This document shows positions 8,905-16,820 of a DNA stretch of 34,292 nt, in pieces. The translations under genes and the position numbers were made by a program. Within the stretch, counting starts at the first letter, position 1. The number at the start of each line of letters is the position of its first letter. This stretch comes from Candidatus Poseidoniaceae archaeon (GTDB taxonomy: Archaea; Thermoplasmatota; Poseidoniia; Poseidoniales; Poseidoniaceae): contig JASLVU010000002.1 in NCBI GenBank assembly GCA_030741225.1, positions 1 to 34,292 on the forward strand, read 5' to 3'. The notes under the pieces are model-generated. The model was not told the DNA's origin, ran no database searches, and worked only from the letters and a program-made list of their open reading frames with translations.

Positions 8905-9351
8905 ATGGAAACAACATATGTGATGGTCAAACCTGACGGAGTACAACGAGGATTAATTGGAGAAATTATCGGCCGATTTGAAAGAAAAGGGCTCAAACTC
9001 GTGGGTTTGAAATCCGTTGTCCCATCAAAGGAAACAGCTGAAAGCCATTATGCAGTTCACTCCGAACGCCCGTTTTATCCGGGACTCATTGAATTTGTTA
9101 CATCCGGACCAGTGGTTTGCATGGCATGGAATGGTAAAGATGCAATCGCCGTTGCTCGAACACTCATCGGTGCCACCAACGGTCGTGAAGCCGCACCTGG
9201 AACCATTCGAGGAGATTTCGGAATGGACATGGGATTCAACATGATTCACGGCTCCGATGCCGCTGAAACCGCAGAATTTGAACTCGGACTGTGGTTTCCA
9301 GAAGGGCTCATGGATTGGGAACAAACCATCACCTCTTGGGTTTATGAATAG
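8905..9351 (+). CDS. ndk: Nucleoside diphosphate kinase
   Basis: [33 protein letters not shown] and the active-site NMIHGSD. The ATG at 8905 is preferred over the upstream GTG at 8896. Confidence 0.92.
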   Translation: METTYVMVKPDGVQRGLIGEIIGRFERKGLKLVGLKSVVPSKETAESHYAVHSERPFYPGLIEFVTSGPVVCMAWNGKDAIAVARTLIGATNGREAAPGTIRGDFGMDMGFNMIHGSDAAETAEFELGLWFPEGLMDWEQTITSWVYE

Positions 9352-9376
9352 TCGAATCATACAGTAGTTGATTCTC

Positions 9377-11461
9377 ATGGCTTCTGATGATGTTGAACAC
9401 ACGACTGACGATGAAGTCAAAGCCAAACTGAGGCAACCTATTGTTGCCGTTACTGGTCACGTTGACCACGGTAAAACCAGCCTTCTCGATCATCTCCGAC
9501 GCTTAGGAGAGAACACTGGAGAAACAAACGTCATGGACAGAGAGGCTGGAGGTATTACTCAAGAGATTGGAGTTACGCAAATACCGCTCAGTATACTCAC
9601 CGATTCGATTGCTAAAATGCCTTTCAAAAGTGATGCTTTCAAATTCGACAGTCCCGGTCTAATTTTCATTGACACTCCCGGGCACGAATCTTTTGGTTCC
9701 ATTCGCAAGCGTGGAGGAGGAATTGCTGACCTAGCAATACTTGTTGTTGACATTCAAGACGGTTTAAAGCCACAAACAATTGAAGCAATCCGTATTCTTG
9801 AAAATTTCGTGGTTGATGACAACAATGAAGTCGACTTCTCAAAGTCGAGAGGTGGCACCCCCTACATTGTCGTTGGAAACAAAATCGATAAAATTCATCA
9901 GTGGGAATCAAAACAAGACCGTTCAAGTTACACTTCCTGGACCGAACAATCAAAAGATGCAAGTCAATATGCTGAACAGCATTTCAACAACTTGGTAGGG
10001 CAGTTTGCGAAAGAATCCGGAAAAAACCTCGTCAAATTTTGGGAAGGTTTGTCGAGTTTCAATTCTGATGACGATCGCCTCTTTGTGCCAATGAGTGCAC
10101 TCAAAGGCGAGGGGATGCAAGACCTGTTGTTCACGATTTTACTCATGGCAGAGCGCCTCTCTGAAGAAAAAAGGGAAAGTATCACCATTAAGCCCAATGA
10201 AGTGGCTGAGGGATATGTTCTAGAATCACGAGAAGAAGTGGGCCTCGGGAAAACAATCGACATTATTTTGACAAAAGGTTCGATCAAAACTGGAGATGAC
10301 GTTGCATACAATACAAACGAAGGGCCTGTTGGAAATATTGCTGATGAAAGCATTCGCCCTCGAATACGAGCAATTCGGAAACCTAGAGGTTTGTCAGAAA
10401 TGCGTGATGCTGGAGATCGTTGGGAATCACTGGATGAAGCAGATTCTGCCGCTGGCTTGAAATTGGTAATTCCGAACATGCAAGATGTTTTGATTGGAAG
10501 CAGAATTTTCTTTCCGAAACCAAACGATGACTACAATAAAATACGCAGTGACATGAACGATGAGAACAAGAAACTTCGTGAATCTCATCCAGTTATGTGC
10601 AGTGTTTGCAATGAAGTGTTTACCAGTAAAGATTTCTCAGGCGTACATACGAACAAGAATGCTGGAACCAAAAATGGATTCTCAGAGCAGTGCCAATATG
10701 CAGAAGCTCTGCGAAAAGGCGCAGTCGTTAAAGCCCGGACTATTGGAGGTCTAGAGGCGATTTTGTATGAACTTGCAAAAAGAAAAATACCTATCAGTTC
10801 TGCTGAGGTTGGCCCAATTAAAAAATCCGATTTGCGACGTCTTCAGGCAACGGATAAACCTGAACATCGATTCCTTATCGGCCTCTCAGTAGAGGGTAAC
10901 GACCAAGTTCAAGACCAATTAGAGCAAGTTTTAGAGAACAAAGACTCTGCTGATTTCCATTATCTGCAATCGGATTTGATTCACCAAATTACTGAACAAA
11001 TTGATGAGGTTCTCGACGAAATTCAAGCAAAACTCTCAGGGTCTGAACAAATTTTCAAGCCCGGGCAAATACGACATATCCTCTATAATGGCATGAGCCA
11101 CTTCAAAGACAAACCTGCCGCATTCCCCGTCCATGTCGTCAAAGGTCAAATTCGCGTTGGACAAGAGTTGCTTAGGAATGATGGTAGTGGAAGAACGCTC
11201 GGGAAAATTCTCTCTATTGGAAAAGATGGACAACTTACAGCCCATCAAGGAGAAAAAGTCTCCATTGGAATGAACATACGATTCACGAGAAGCAATATCT
11301 CTGAAGATGACGAGTTTTATGCCGATATACCTGAAAAACAGGCTGCACAGATGAAAAATTCGAAACTGAATGATTCTGAAAAAGATGCTTTCGCAGAAAT
11401 TGTAAAAATACACCGTGAAATTTTACAGAATCATGGTTATGCTTGGGGTTGGAATCCTTAA
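9377..11461 (+). CDS. infB: Translation initiation factor aIF5B (IF-2 family GTPase)
   Basis: PIVAVTGHVDHGKTSLLD, GGITQEIG, DTPGHESF and GNKID. Its position after ndk in the conserved archaeal string supports the call. The ATG at 9377 is preferred over the TTG at 9368. Confidence 0.9.
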   Translation: MASDDVEHTTDDEVKAKLRQPIVAVTGHVDHGKTSLLDHLRRLGENTGETNVMDREAGGITQEIGVTQIPLSILTDSIAKMPFKSDAFKFDSPGLIFIDTPGHESFGSIRKRGGGIADLAILVVDIQDGLKPQTIEAIRILENFVVDDNNEVDFSKSRGGTPYIVVGNKIDKIHQWESKQDRSSYTSWTEQSKDASQYAEQHFNNLVGQFAKESGKNLVKFWEGLSSFNSDDDRLFVPMSALKGEGMQDLLFTILLMAERLSEEKRESITIKPNEVAEGYVLESREEVGLGKTIDIILTKGSIKTGDDVAYNTNEGPVGNIADESIRPRIRAIRKPRGLSEMRDAGDRWESLDEADSAAGLKLVIPNMQDVLIGSRIFFPKPNDDYNKIRSDMNDENKKLRESHPVMCSVCNEVFTSKDFSGVHTNKNAGTKNGFSEQCQYAEALRKGAVVKARTIGGLEAILYELAKRKIPISSAEVGPIKKSDLRRLQATDKPEHRFLIGLSVEGNDQVQDQLEQVLENKDSADFHYLQSDLIHQITEQIDEVLDEIQAKLSGSEQIFKPGQIRHILYNGMSHFKDKPAAFPVHVVKGQIRVGQELLRNDGSGRTLGKILSIGKDGQLTAHQGEKVSIGMNIRFTRSNISEDDEFYADIPEKQAAQMKNSKLNDSEKDAFAEIVKIHREILQNHGYAWGWNP

Positions 11462-11490
11462 GCGGATGTCGTCTATCCGTAATTCCACGA

Positions 11491-11507
11491 AATATGTTTG
11501 ACATATT
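11491..11507. promoter_or_regulatory. 17-bp palindrome AATATGT-TTG-ACATATT upstream of the MoxR gene
   Basis: The 7-bp arms are perfect. It lies about 60 nt upstream of the ATG at 11568 and about 12 nt upstream of a TATA-like CATATATGG. It may be an operator. Confidence 0.3.
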
Positions 11508-11567
11508 CACACCTCACATTCATATATGGATAGTTGTGGTTGTTTAATTATCACGGAGGCATCAAGT

Positions 11568-12578
11568 ATGGAATCTGGTATGACTGGAGCGCCCGCTATG
11601 GGTCAAAACCCCGCTGCGCAGGACCTAATTGGTACTGTTTCTGCAATTTCGAACAGCCTCATGAATGAAGTTGGGAAAGTCATTATCGGAAAACCACAAA
11701 ACCTTCGCCGTGTTACTGTCGGAATTCTATCAAACGGAAACATGCTGCTCGAAGATTTTCCAGGTTTAGCAAAAACATTACTGGCAAACACCTTCGCTCG
11801 TGCCCTTGGATGTAAATTCAAGCGTGTACAGTTTACTCCCGACCTGCTTCCTTCCGATATCATGGGCACCTACATGTACGACCAGAAGTCTGGTGAATTC
11901 AAACTACGTGCAGGTCCTCTATTCTCAAACATTTTACTTGCTGACGAAATCAACAGAGCACCTCCAAAGACTCAAGCAGCACTCCTTGAAGCAATGGAAG
12001 AAAAGCAAGTTACAATCGAAGGTATTACACACAAACTTCCTGCTCCTTTCGTTGTATTGGCAACCCAAAACCCAATTGAACAAGAAGGTACTTACCCGCT
12101 TCCAGAGGCTCAAATGGACCGTTTCTTGATGAAAATGAGTATGGGCTATCCAGACCGGCCACAAGAAAAAGCAATCCTTGCGCGTAGAAAACTACGTGGA
12201 AAAGACAATCACGATGTTGAACAGATTACAACTCCCAAGAAACTGGTAGCAATGCAAAAAGCACTTGAGACGGTGCATGTAGATCCTGCCATTCTATCGT
12301 ACATTGTTGAGATTGTACAAAGAACACGTGAAGATCATCGTGTCACGAACGGAGCTTCGCCTCGTGCTTCGCAGTCCCTGTTCAAGACCGGGCGAGCTGC
12401 TGCTGCAATCGCTGGTCGAAATTACGTAATTCCAGATGATATCAAAGACATCGCATTACAGATAATTTCTCACAGAATCAACATGAAACCTGAAGCTAAG
12501 ATACGAGGTATAACTGGGATGCACATTGTCCGAAAAATCCTCTCCGAAGTTCCTGTTCCTGTCATTCAACCTGCTTGA
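11568..12578 (+). CDS. MoxR-family AAA+ ATPase
   Basis: GNMLLEDFPGLAKT (Walker A region), LLADEINRAPPKTQAALLEAMEE (Walker B/sensor), VLATQNPIEQEGTYPLPEAQMDRF and GASPRAS. GGAGG lies 7 nt upstream of the ATG at 11568 (the ORF is open from 11526). Confidence 0.88.
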   Translation: MESGMTGAPAMGQNPAAQDLIGTVSAISNSLMNEVGKVIIGKPQNLRRVTVGILSNGNMLLEDFPGLAKTLLANTFARALGCKFKRVQFTPDLLPSDIMGTYMYDQKSGEFKLRAGPLFSNILLADEINRAPPKTQAALLEAMEEKQVTIEGITHKLPAPFVVLATQNPIEQEGTYPLPEAQMDRFLMKMSMGYPDRPQEKAILARRKLRGKDNHDVEQITTPKKLVAMQKALETVHVDPAILSYIVEIVQRTREDHRVTNGASPRASQSLFKTGRAAAAIAGRNYVIPDDIKDIALQIISHRINMKPEAKIRGITGMHIVRKILSEVPVPVIQPA

Positions 12579-12650
12579 AACTGTATACTCTAGGGTCTGC
12601 ATTGAAAGAGGAGGACCTTTTTCCCGTAATCGTCGGAGGTGGCAGTTAAG

Positions 12651-13610
12651 ATGAATCCTTACAAAATGGTCGTTGCTGTCGCCAATCAAAAAGGAGGTTG
12701 TGCAAAAACAACTACCGCCGTGAACTTGGCTGCAGCATTAGCAAAAGGCTCCTCGCGTCAAGGTTTGCCAAAAGCAAAAGTTCTGCTTATCGATTTAGAT
12801 CCTCAAGGAAATTGTGCTACGTCGTTCGGCGTTGAAAAAAAGAAAATCAAAAAGACAGCCTACGATTTACTTACCAATGATTCAGGCGAAGATTTGCCAC
12901 TTATGGAGGAATACCTGATTGGACCTGATGAATTAACGCAGTCAATGCGTGATGCCTGGAGTCTTCGAAACAACAACAAAAAACCACCAGAAAATCTCTC
13001 AGTGGGACACTTGTGGCTTTTACCAAGCGACATCCATCTCTCTGGCGCTGAAATCGAACTGAGTCATAAAATTGGTCGAGAAACTCGTCTGCGTGAAGCT
13101 CTTCAACCCATCATCGACCAGTTTGATTACATCATCATTGACACCCCACCATCGCTAGGATTGCTTTCAATCAATGCGATGTGTGCTGCAAACTGGGTTA
13201 TGGTACCTGTACAAGCAGAGTACTATGCGCTTGAAGGATTTAGCATGTTGATGAATTCCATAAAAATGATTCAACGAAGAATCAATCGTAATCTGAAAAT
13301 TTTCGGTATTGCAATGACTATGGTTGATGCTCGCTCGAAACTTAGTCGGCATGTATGCGATGAAGTGAACCGTAAAATGCCGAATAAATTATTCAAAACA
13401 ACAATTCGAAGACTGGTAAAAGTCGCTGAAGCCCCATGGAGTGGTGCTCCAACAGTGTTGTTGAATAAACCAACAAATTCCGGTGCTGGAGCAGGTTCTC
13501 TGGAGTATTGGACTCTTTCCAAAGAATTTCATCAACGAGTAATGGAGATGAGGCGAGAATTTGGAGTGAACGAAGACCCTCGGCTTCTCTTAGAACGTAA
13601 AAACCGGTGA
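12651..13610 (+). CDS. ParA/Soj-family partition ATPase
   Basis: Deviant Walker A VANQKGGCAKTT, then DLDPQGN, IIIDTPPSLG and VPVQAEYYALEG. A loop of about 45 aa (LIGPDELTQ...NLSVGH) is inserted relative to the compact Soj proteins I recall. The ATG at 12651 is preferred over the GTG at 12639. Confidence 0.85.
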   Translation: MNPYKMVVAVANQKGGCAKTTTAVNLAAALAKGSSRQGLPKAKVLLIDLDPQGNCATSFGVEKKKIKKTAYDLLTNDSGEDLPLMEEYLIGPDELTQSMRDAWSLRNNNKKPPENLSVGHLWLLPSDIHLSGAEIELSHKIGRETRLREALQPIIDQFDYIIIDTPPSLGLLSINAMCAANWVMVPVQAEYYALEGFSMLMNSIKMIQRRINRNLKIFGIAMTMVDARSKLSRHVCDEVNRKMPNKLFKTTIRRLVKVAEAPWSGAPTVLLNKPTNSGAGAGSLEYWTLSKEFHQRVMEMRREFGVNEDPRLLLERKNR

Positions 13611-13634
13611 AACGGCGTTTCGAAACTGAGACAT

Positions 13635-13656
13635 ACCTCGACAAAACGAGGTTTTC
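13635..13656 (+). terminator. Hairpin plus T-tract after the ParA gene
   Basis: ACCTCG-ACAAAA-CGAGGT followed by TTTT, 25 nt after the stop codon. Confidence 0.35.
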
Positions 13657-13716
13657 AAGCCATATCCTTTCGCGCAGGTTAAGTATGCTATAGAACAGAG
13701 GAGGTTCGGGATAGCC

Positions 13717-13959
13717 ATGACAGGTGAAGGGATGACCTCGGTCAGTGTGAGTTACGAAGTACGACGTCAACTCAACACAATGCGAACAATGAGCGGACAC
13801 AAAAGTGTCAATGAACTACTGACGGATTTAGTTCGTGCACACAAGTTGAAGACCATGAACGGAGATATTGAAACGCTGCGAGAGCGGATGAAAGCAATTG
13901 CAGATGTCGATATAGAGCACTTGGTTGACCGACTTAACCTCGCACCATTCAAGGTTTGA
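13717..13959 (+). CDS. Ribbon-helix-helix (CopG/ParG/SegB-like) DNA-binding protein
   Basis: 80 aa. The N-terminal beta-strand plus two-helix pattern TSVSVSYEVRRQLNTMRTMSGHKSVNELLTDLVRAH is typical of RHH proteins. GGAGG lies 12 nt upstream. Confidence 0.6.
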   Translation: MTGEGMTSVSVSYEVRRQLNTMRTMSGHKSVNELLTDLVRAHKLKTMNGDIETLRERMKAIADVDIEHLVDRLNLAPFKV

Positions 13960-13964
13960 TTGTC

Positions 13965-14219
13965 ATGATGGAATGGCGTCCGAATGGATACGAATTTGAT
14001 GCCAAGAACTTGGTACGGGCTTTGTTTAGTGAAAATACTGATGAAGGTAAGTTGCTGGAAGCGGCTGCTTGTGGATACATTGAAATTTTTGCAAGAGCAA
14101 AAGCATGGAACAGCGTTCTTTGGTTGATAATGAACACGCTCAAGAAGGATGGAAAACCAGTTTACACTGGTGAAGAGTTGAAGGATTTAAGGGATTCACT
14201 GCCGATTGTTTGGCGTTGA
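13965..14219 (+). CDS. Hypothetical small protein (84 aa; 87 aa if TTG 13956 is used)
   Basis: The ATG lies 5 nt after the RHH stop with AAGGT 9 nt upstream. From TTG 13956 it would overlap the RHH gene by 4 nt. I recognise no motif. Confidence 0.5.
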   Translation: MMEWRPNGYEFDAKNLVRALFSENTDEGKLLEAAACGYIEIFARAKAWNSVLWLIMNTLKKDGKPVYTGEELKDLRDSLPIVWR

Positions 14220-14315
14220 TACCCAGACAAGTTCGCCATTGAGAGGATGTTCAAATTACTCACATAACAGGCTTAAAGGAGTTTAATCCTCATATTCTAT
14301 TGAGGAATCAACACA

Positions 14316-16763
14316 TCATTGGTTCTTGTCAAGCCATTCTTGACCGTACCATTTCCATTGGTCCATCGTCCATCCTTCTGGGAGCCCGCTGGCCGGGACT
14401 GGCGGACCTTGCGATTCTTGGACTTGAGGCTCATCAACTACGGCCTCATTTGCCGGTTCTGCATCAGGGACATCTGCATCAGATGAGATTCCTGCGATTG
14501 CCTCAAGACTGTCGTCATCTGAATAAAGAGTAGACGAGTCGACCGAATTCAAACTGCTTTCAGAATCATCAAATTCATCGTCAGCAACGGTAAAATCAAG
14601 TTGAGCAACATCATCGTCCCATGCAGAATCTGAAACGATGCCGCCTTGGGCTGATAAGCCTGCAGTACCTGCAAGAGCTTCAGTTTCAGCTGATTTGTTT
14701 TCAGTTGGTACAAAAGGAACACCGTACATCTTCACCAACGAATTGGTCTTACGTCGTTTCATGATGAAACTGATTACTAAGATTACTGCGGTAAGTCCAA
14801 GGAAAGCGCCACCACCAACCACGACAACCTGCTTTACAATATTGGAATCGACAGAATCAGATTCAAGAAGCCCTGCATTTTTACTTGCATTCCAAGCACT
14901 GTAACTAAGATCGTATTCTCCTTCTTCTTTATCTCGAGTTAGGTAGGATTGGTAATCTTTACTCCTCCATCCTTGACAAGCCGAAGACTCATCATCAAAA
15001 TTGAGTAAACAATGGTCTTCTTCGGTTTGAACTAAAGGACGTGTGTCATCGTAATCGGAGTTCGATCCAACACCGTCTTTGTCTCCATCAAAATGTTCAT
15101 CCGGGTCAAGTTCCATACCTTGAGATTCAGTGACATCTACCCAACCGTCTCCATCCAAATCCTCACAACCGTACGAAGATACCTCGATGAAACCAGTCGC
15201 CGCTGATGCGTTAACTATCCACGCTTTGGTTGAATTTCCGGCTTTCCAATTGCAGTCATCAGCAAAATCTCCAGAGATATTATCTCCGTAGCCGTCTCCA
15301 TCTCCATCACGCCATTGAGAACCAATTGAAGGCAGTGCGTCTGCACCATCAGCAACCGTCCAATTTTCAGTAGGGTTCGACCACCCGTCTAAATCCGAAT
15401 CAAGGCAGCCAAATCGATCCTGATTTGAAAACCCATTAAAATTCGGACAGGCATCTGGAGTGATTCCGTTTGGATTGTCTCCATATCCATCTTGATCCGC
15501 ATCAGACCACTGCGAAGGTTCGTCTTTGAATGCATCTCCATCCAAACCGTTCGAATTATCACCGTAACCATCGTTATCCGAGTCCTGCCACTGCTCGCTG
15601 TTACTGGGGAACATGTCTCCATTCACTCCGCCTGTATTATCTCCATATCCGTCACCGTCATTATCGCTCCATTGCGTCGGCTCGTTCGGGAACGCGTCAG
15701 GAAGGTAGCCACCTGAATTATCTCCATATCCATCGCCATCAGTATCTGCCCATTGCGATGACTCGAGTGGGAAGGCATCGAGTTGGTCGGTATATCCATC
15801 ACCATCGGAGTCCAAATCATAAAGTCGAATCTTTGAAAATGAGGAATATGATGTTACGATATAGACTTCACCGGTAAAAGCTTGGAAAGAACCAACAACT
15901 CTGCCAGAAGAAGAATACGAATTCTGTTCAGTAAAGGAAGATACGTCTACGAGGCTCAACTCACCGTTCTGAGTGCCTGTATGATAGGTCATGTTATCGA
16001 ATTCTTCCAATGAAACGACTGAAGACCCGTGACTCAAAGTTAAAGTTTCATGAGCCCAAGTCGTGGTATTGTAACGAAACAGTTTTCCGTTCGATGTTCC
16101 CACAAGTAAGTCGCCATTATGATCTTCAAGAAGCGAATTCACTATCGAAGTAGACTCGGTTAATGTCGTAAGACTCGTTCCCCCTTGGTTTGAGAAAATG
16201 TACACCTTCTTATCGTATGCACCGATAGCAATGCGCCCATCAGAAAGGACTTCGAAGGCGTTGAATCCTGACTGTATATTGGCAGTAGTATATCCTGTTG
16301 CACCTTCAGAATTGTACTCTTCAGCCCTACGGCGTCCGGCAAAATAAGCCAGCCAAAGGTCGCCTTCATCATCCCAATCTGCGTCACTCACCGATTCAGG
16401 AGTGCTCATGTTCCAATTGACAATTTGAAGATCCATGTGAACAATAGATACACCTGAATCATGGCAAACTACAGTCAATTGTTGAGCGGCGTCAAGACGT
16501 GCTGCATTTGTGGTGAGATTCAATTCAAGAGACCATTGAGGTATGAGTGTCCCACCTGAAAAACTGTTCACGCTTAGATTCCCTGTCTCATCGACGGTAA
16601 GAATTGAACCATCAAACATTTCTTTCCAATACACGAAAGTGGTTTCCGATTGTTGAGTAAACCCTGCATCAACAAGTGAAGTGCTGTTCGCCGCCACATG
16701 GGGAGTGAAAGCACCCAACGGTAGAAGCAAAACTGTAATCACGAAGACGAGTAGTCTCTTCAT
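14316..16763 (-). CDS. Type-I membrane surface protein: signal peptide, beta-propeller-like region, tandem acidic Ca-binding repeats, TM helix, acidic cytoplasmic tail
   Basis: The signal peptide is MKRLLVFVITVLLLPLGAF. Residues 40-315 carry repeated DG.L/NG.L strand patterns (PQQ/BamB-like). Residues 316-573 carry D-x-D-x-DGYGDN repeats. The TM helix is VVVVGGGAFLGLTAVILVISFIM followed by KRRK. The tail of about 148 aa is D/E/S-rich and ends in GWTMDQWKWYGQEWLDKNQ. Confidence 0.8.
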   Translation of the reverse strand: MKRLLVFVITVLLLPLGAFTPHVAANSTSLVDAGFTQQSETTFVYWKEMFDGSILTVDETGNLSVNSFSGGTLIPQWSLELNLTTNAARLDAAQQLTVVCHDSGVSIVHMDLQIVNWNMSTPESVSDADWDDEGDLWLAYFAGRRRAEEYNSEGATGYTTANIQSGFNAFEVLSDGRIAIGAYDKKVYIFSNQGGTSLTTLTESTSIVNSLLEDHNGDLLVGTSNGKLFRYNTTTWAHETLTLSHGSSVVSLEEFDNMTYHTGTQNGELSLVDVSSFTEQNSYSSSGRVVGSFQAFTGEVYIVTSYSSFSKIRLYDLDSDGDGYTDQLDAFPLESSQWADTDGDGYGDNSGGYLPDAFPNEPTQWSDNDGDGYGDNTGGVNGDMFPSNSEQWQDSDNDGYGDNSNGLDGDAFKDEPSQWSDADQDGYGDNPNGITPDACPNFNGFSNQDRFGCLDSDLDGWSNPTENWTVADGADALPSIGSQWRDGDGDGYGDNISGDFADDCNWKAGNSTKAWIVNASAATGFIEVSSYGCEDLDGDGWVDVTESQGMELDPDEHFDGDKDGVGSNSDYDDTRPLVQTEEDHCLLNFDDESSACQGWRSKDYQSYLTRDKEEGEYDLSYSAWNASKNAGLLESDSVDSNIVKQVVVVGGGAFLGLTAVILVISFIMKRRKTNSLVKMYGVPFVPTENKSAETEALAGTAGLSAQGGIVSDSAWDDDVAQLDFTVADDEFDDSESSLNSVDSSTLYSDDDSLEAIAGISSDADVPDAEPANEAVVDEPQVQESQGPPVPASGLPEGWTMDQWKWYGQEWLDKNQ
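15252..15818 (-). repeat. In-frame tandem repeats (27-aa / 81-nt unit) encoding thrombospondin-type-3-like Ca-binding motifs
   Basis: The units are DTDGDGYGDNSGGYLPDAFPNEPTQWS, DNDGDGYGDNTGGVNGDMFPSNSEQWQ and DSDNDGYGDNSNGLDGDAFKDEPSQWS, plus degenerate flanking copies. The DNA shows the recurring TCTCCATATCC(A/G)TC. This repetition also accounts for the shadow ORFs on both strands here. Confidence 0.85.
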
Positions 16764-16820
16764 AACAACCCGATAACCTCAATCAATATGAAGCGAACCC
16801 TTCACAGCATCAGTCAGCAA

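Noticed and set aside
9964-10479. Long shadow ORFs antisense to, or out of frame with, strong genes. This 171-aa example lies opposite infB. Others are 11036-11413, 13393-13800, 3124-3444, 9025-9426, 28170-28691 and 15389-15877.
   Set aside because: Each is fully embedded in a gene with clear family motifs. Their products are low complexity or Ser/Arg/Cys-rich, as expected from reverse or shifted frames, and none has an RBS. Those around 15.4-15.9 kb are artefacts of the in-frame tandem repeat.
14319-14396. The C-terminal LPEGWTMDQWKWYGQEWL of the 815-aa protein as a WW domain that would bind the proline-rich tail of the coiled-coil protein.
   Set aside because: WW domains are about 35-40 aa with two Trp residues 20-22 residues apart and a terminal Pro. 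Here the Trp residues are 2-5 apart and the protein ends. I keep it only as a Trp-rich terminal peptide of unknown role.
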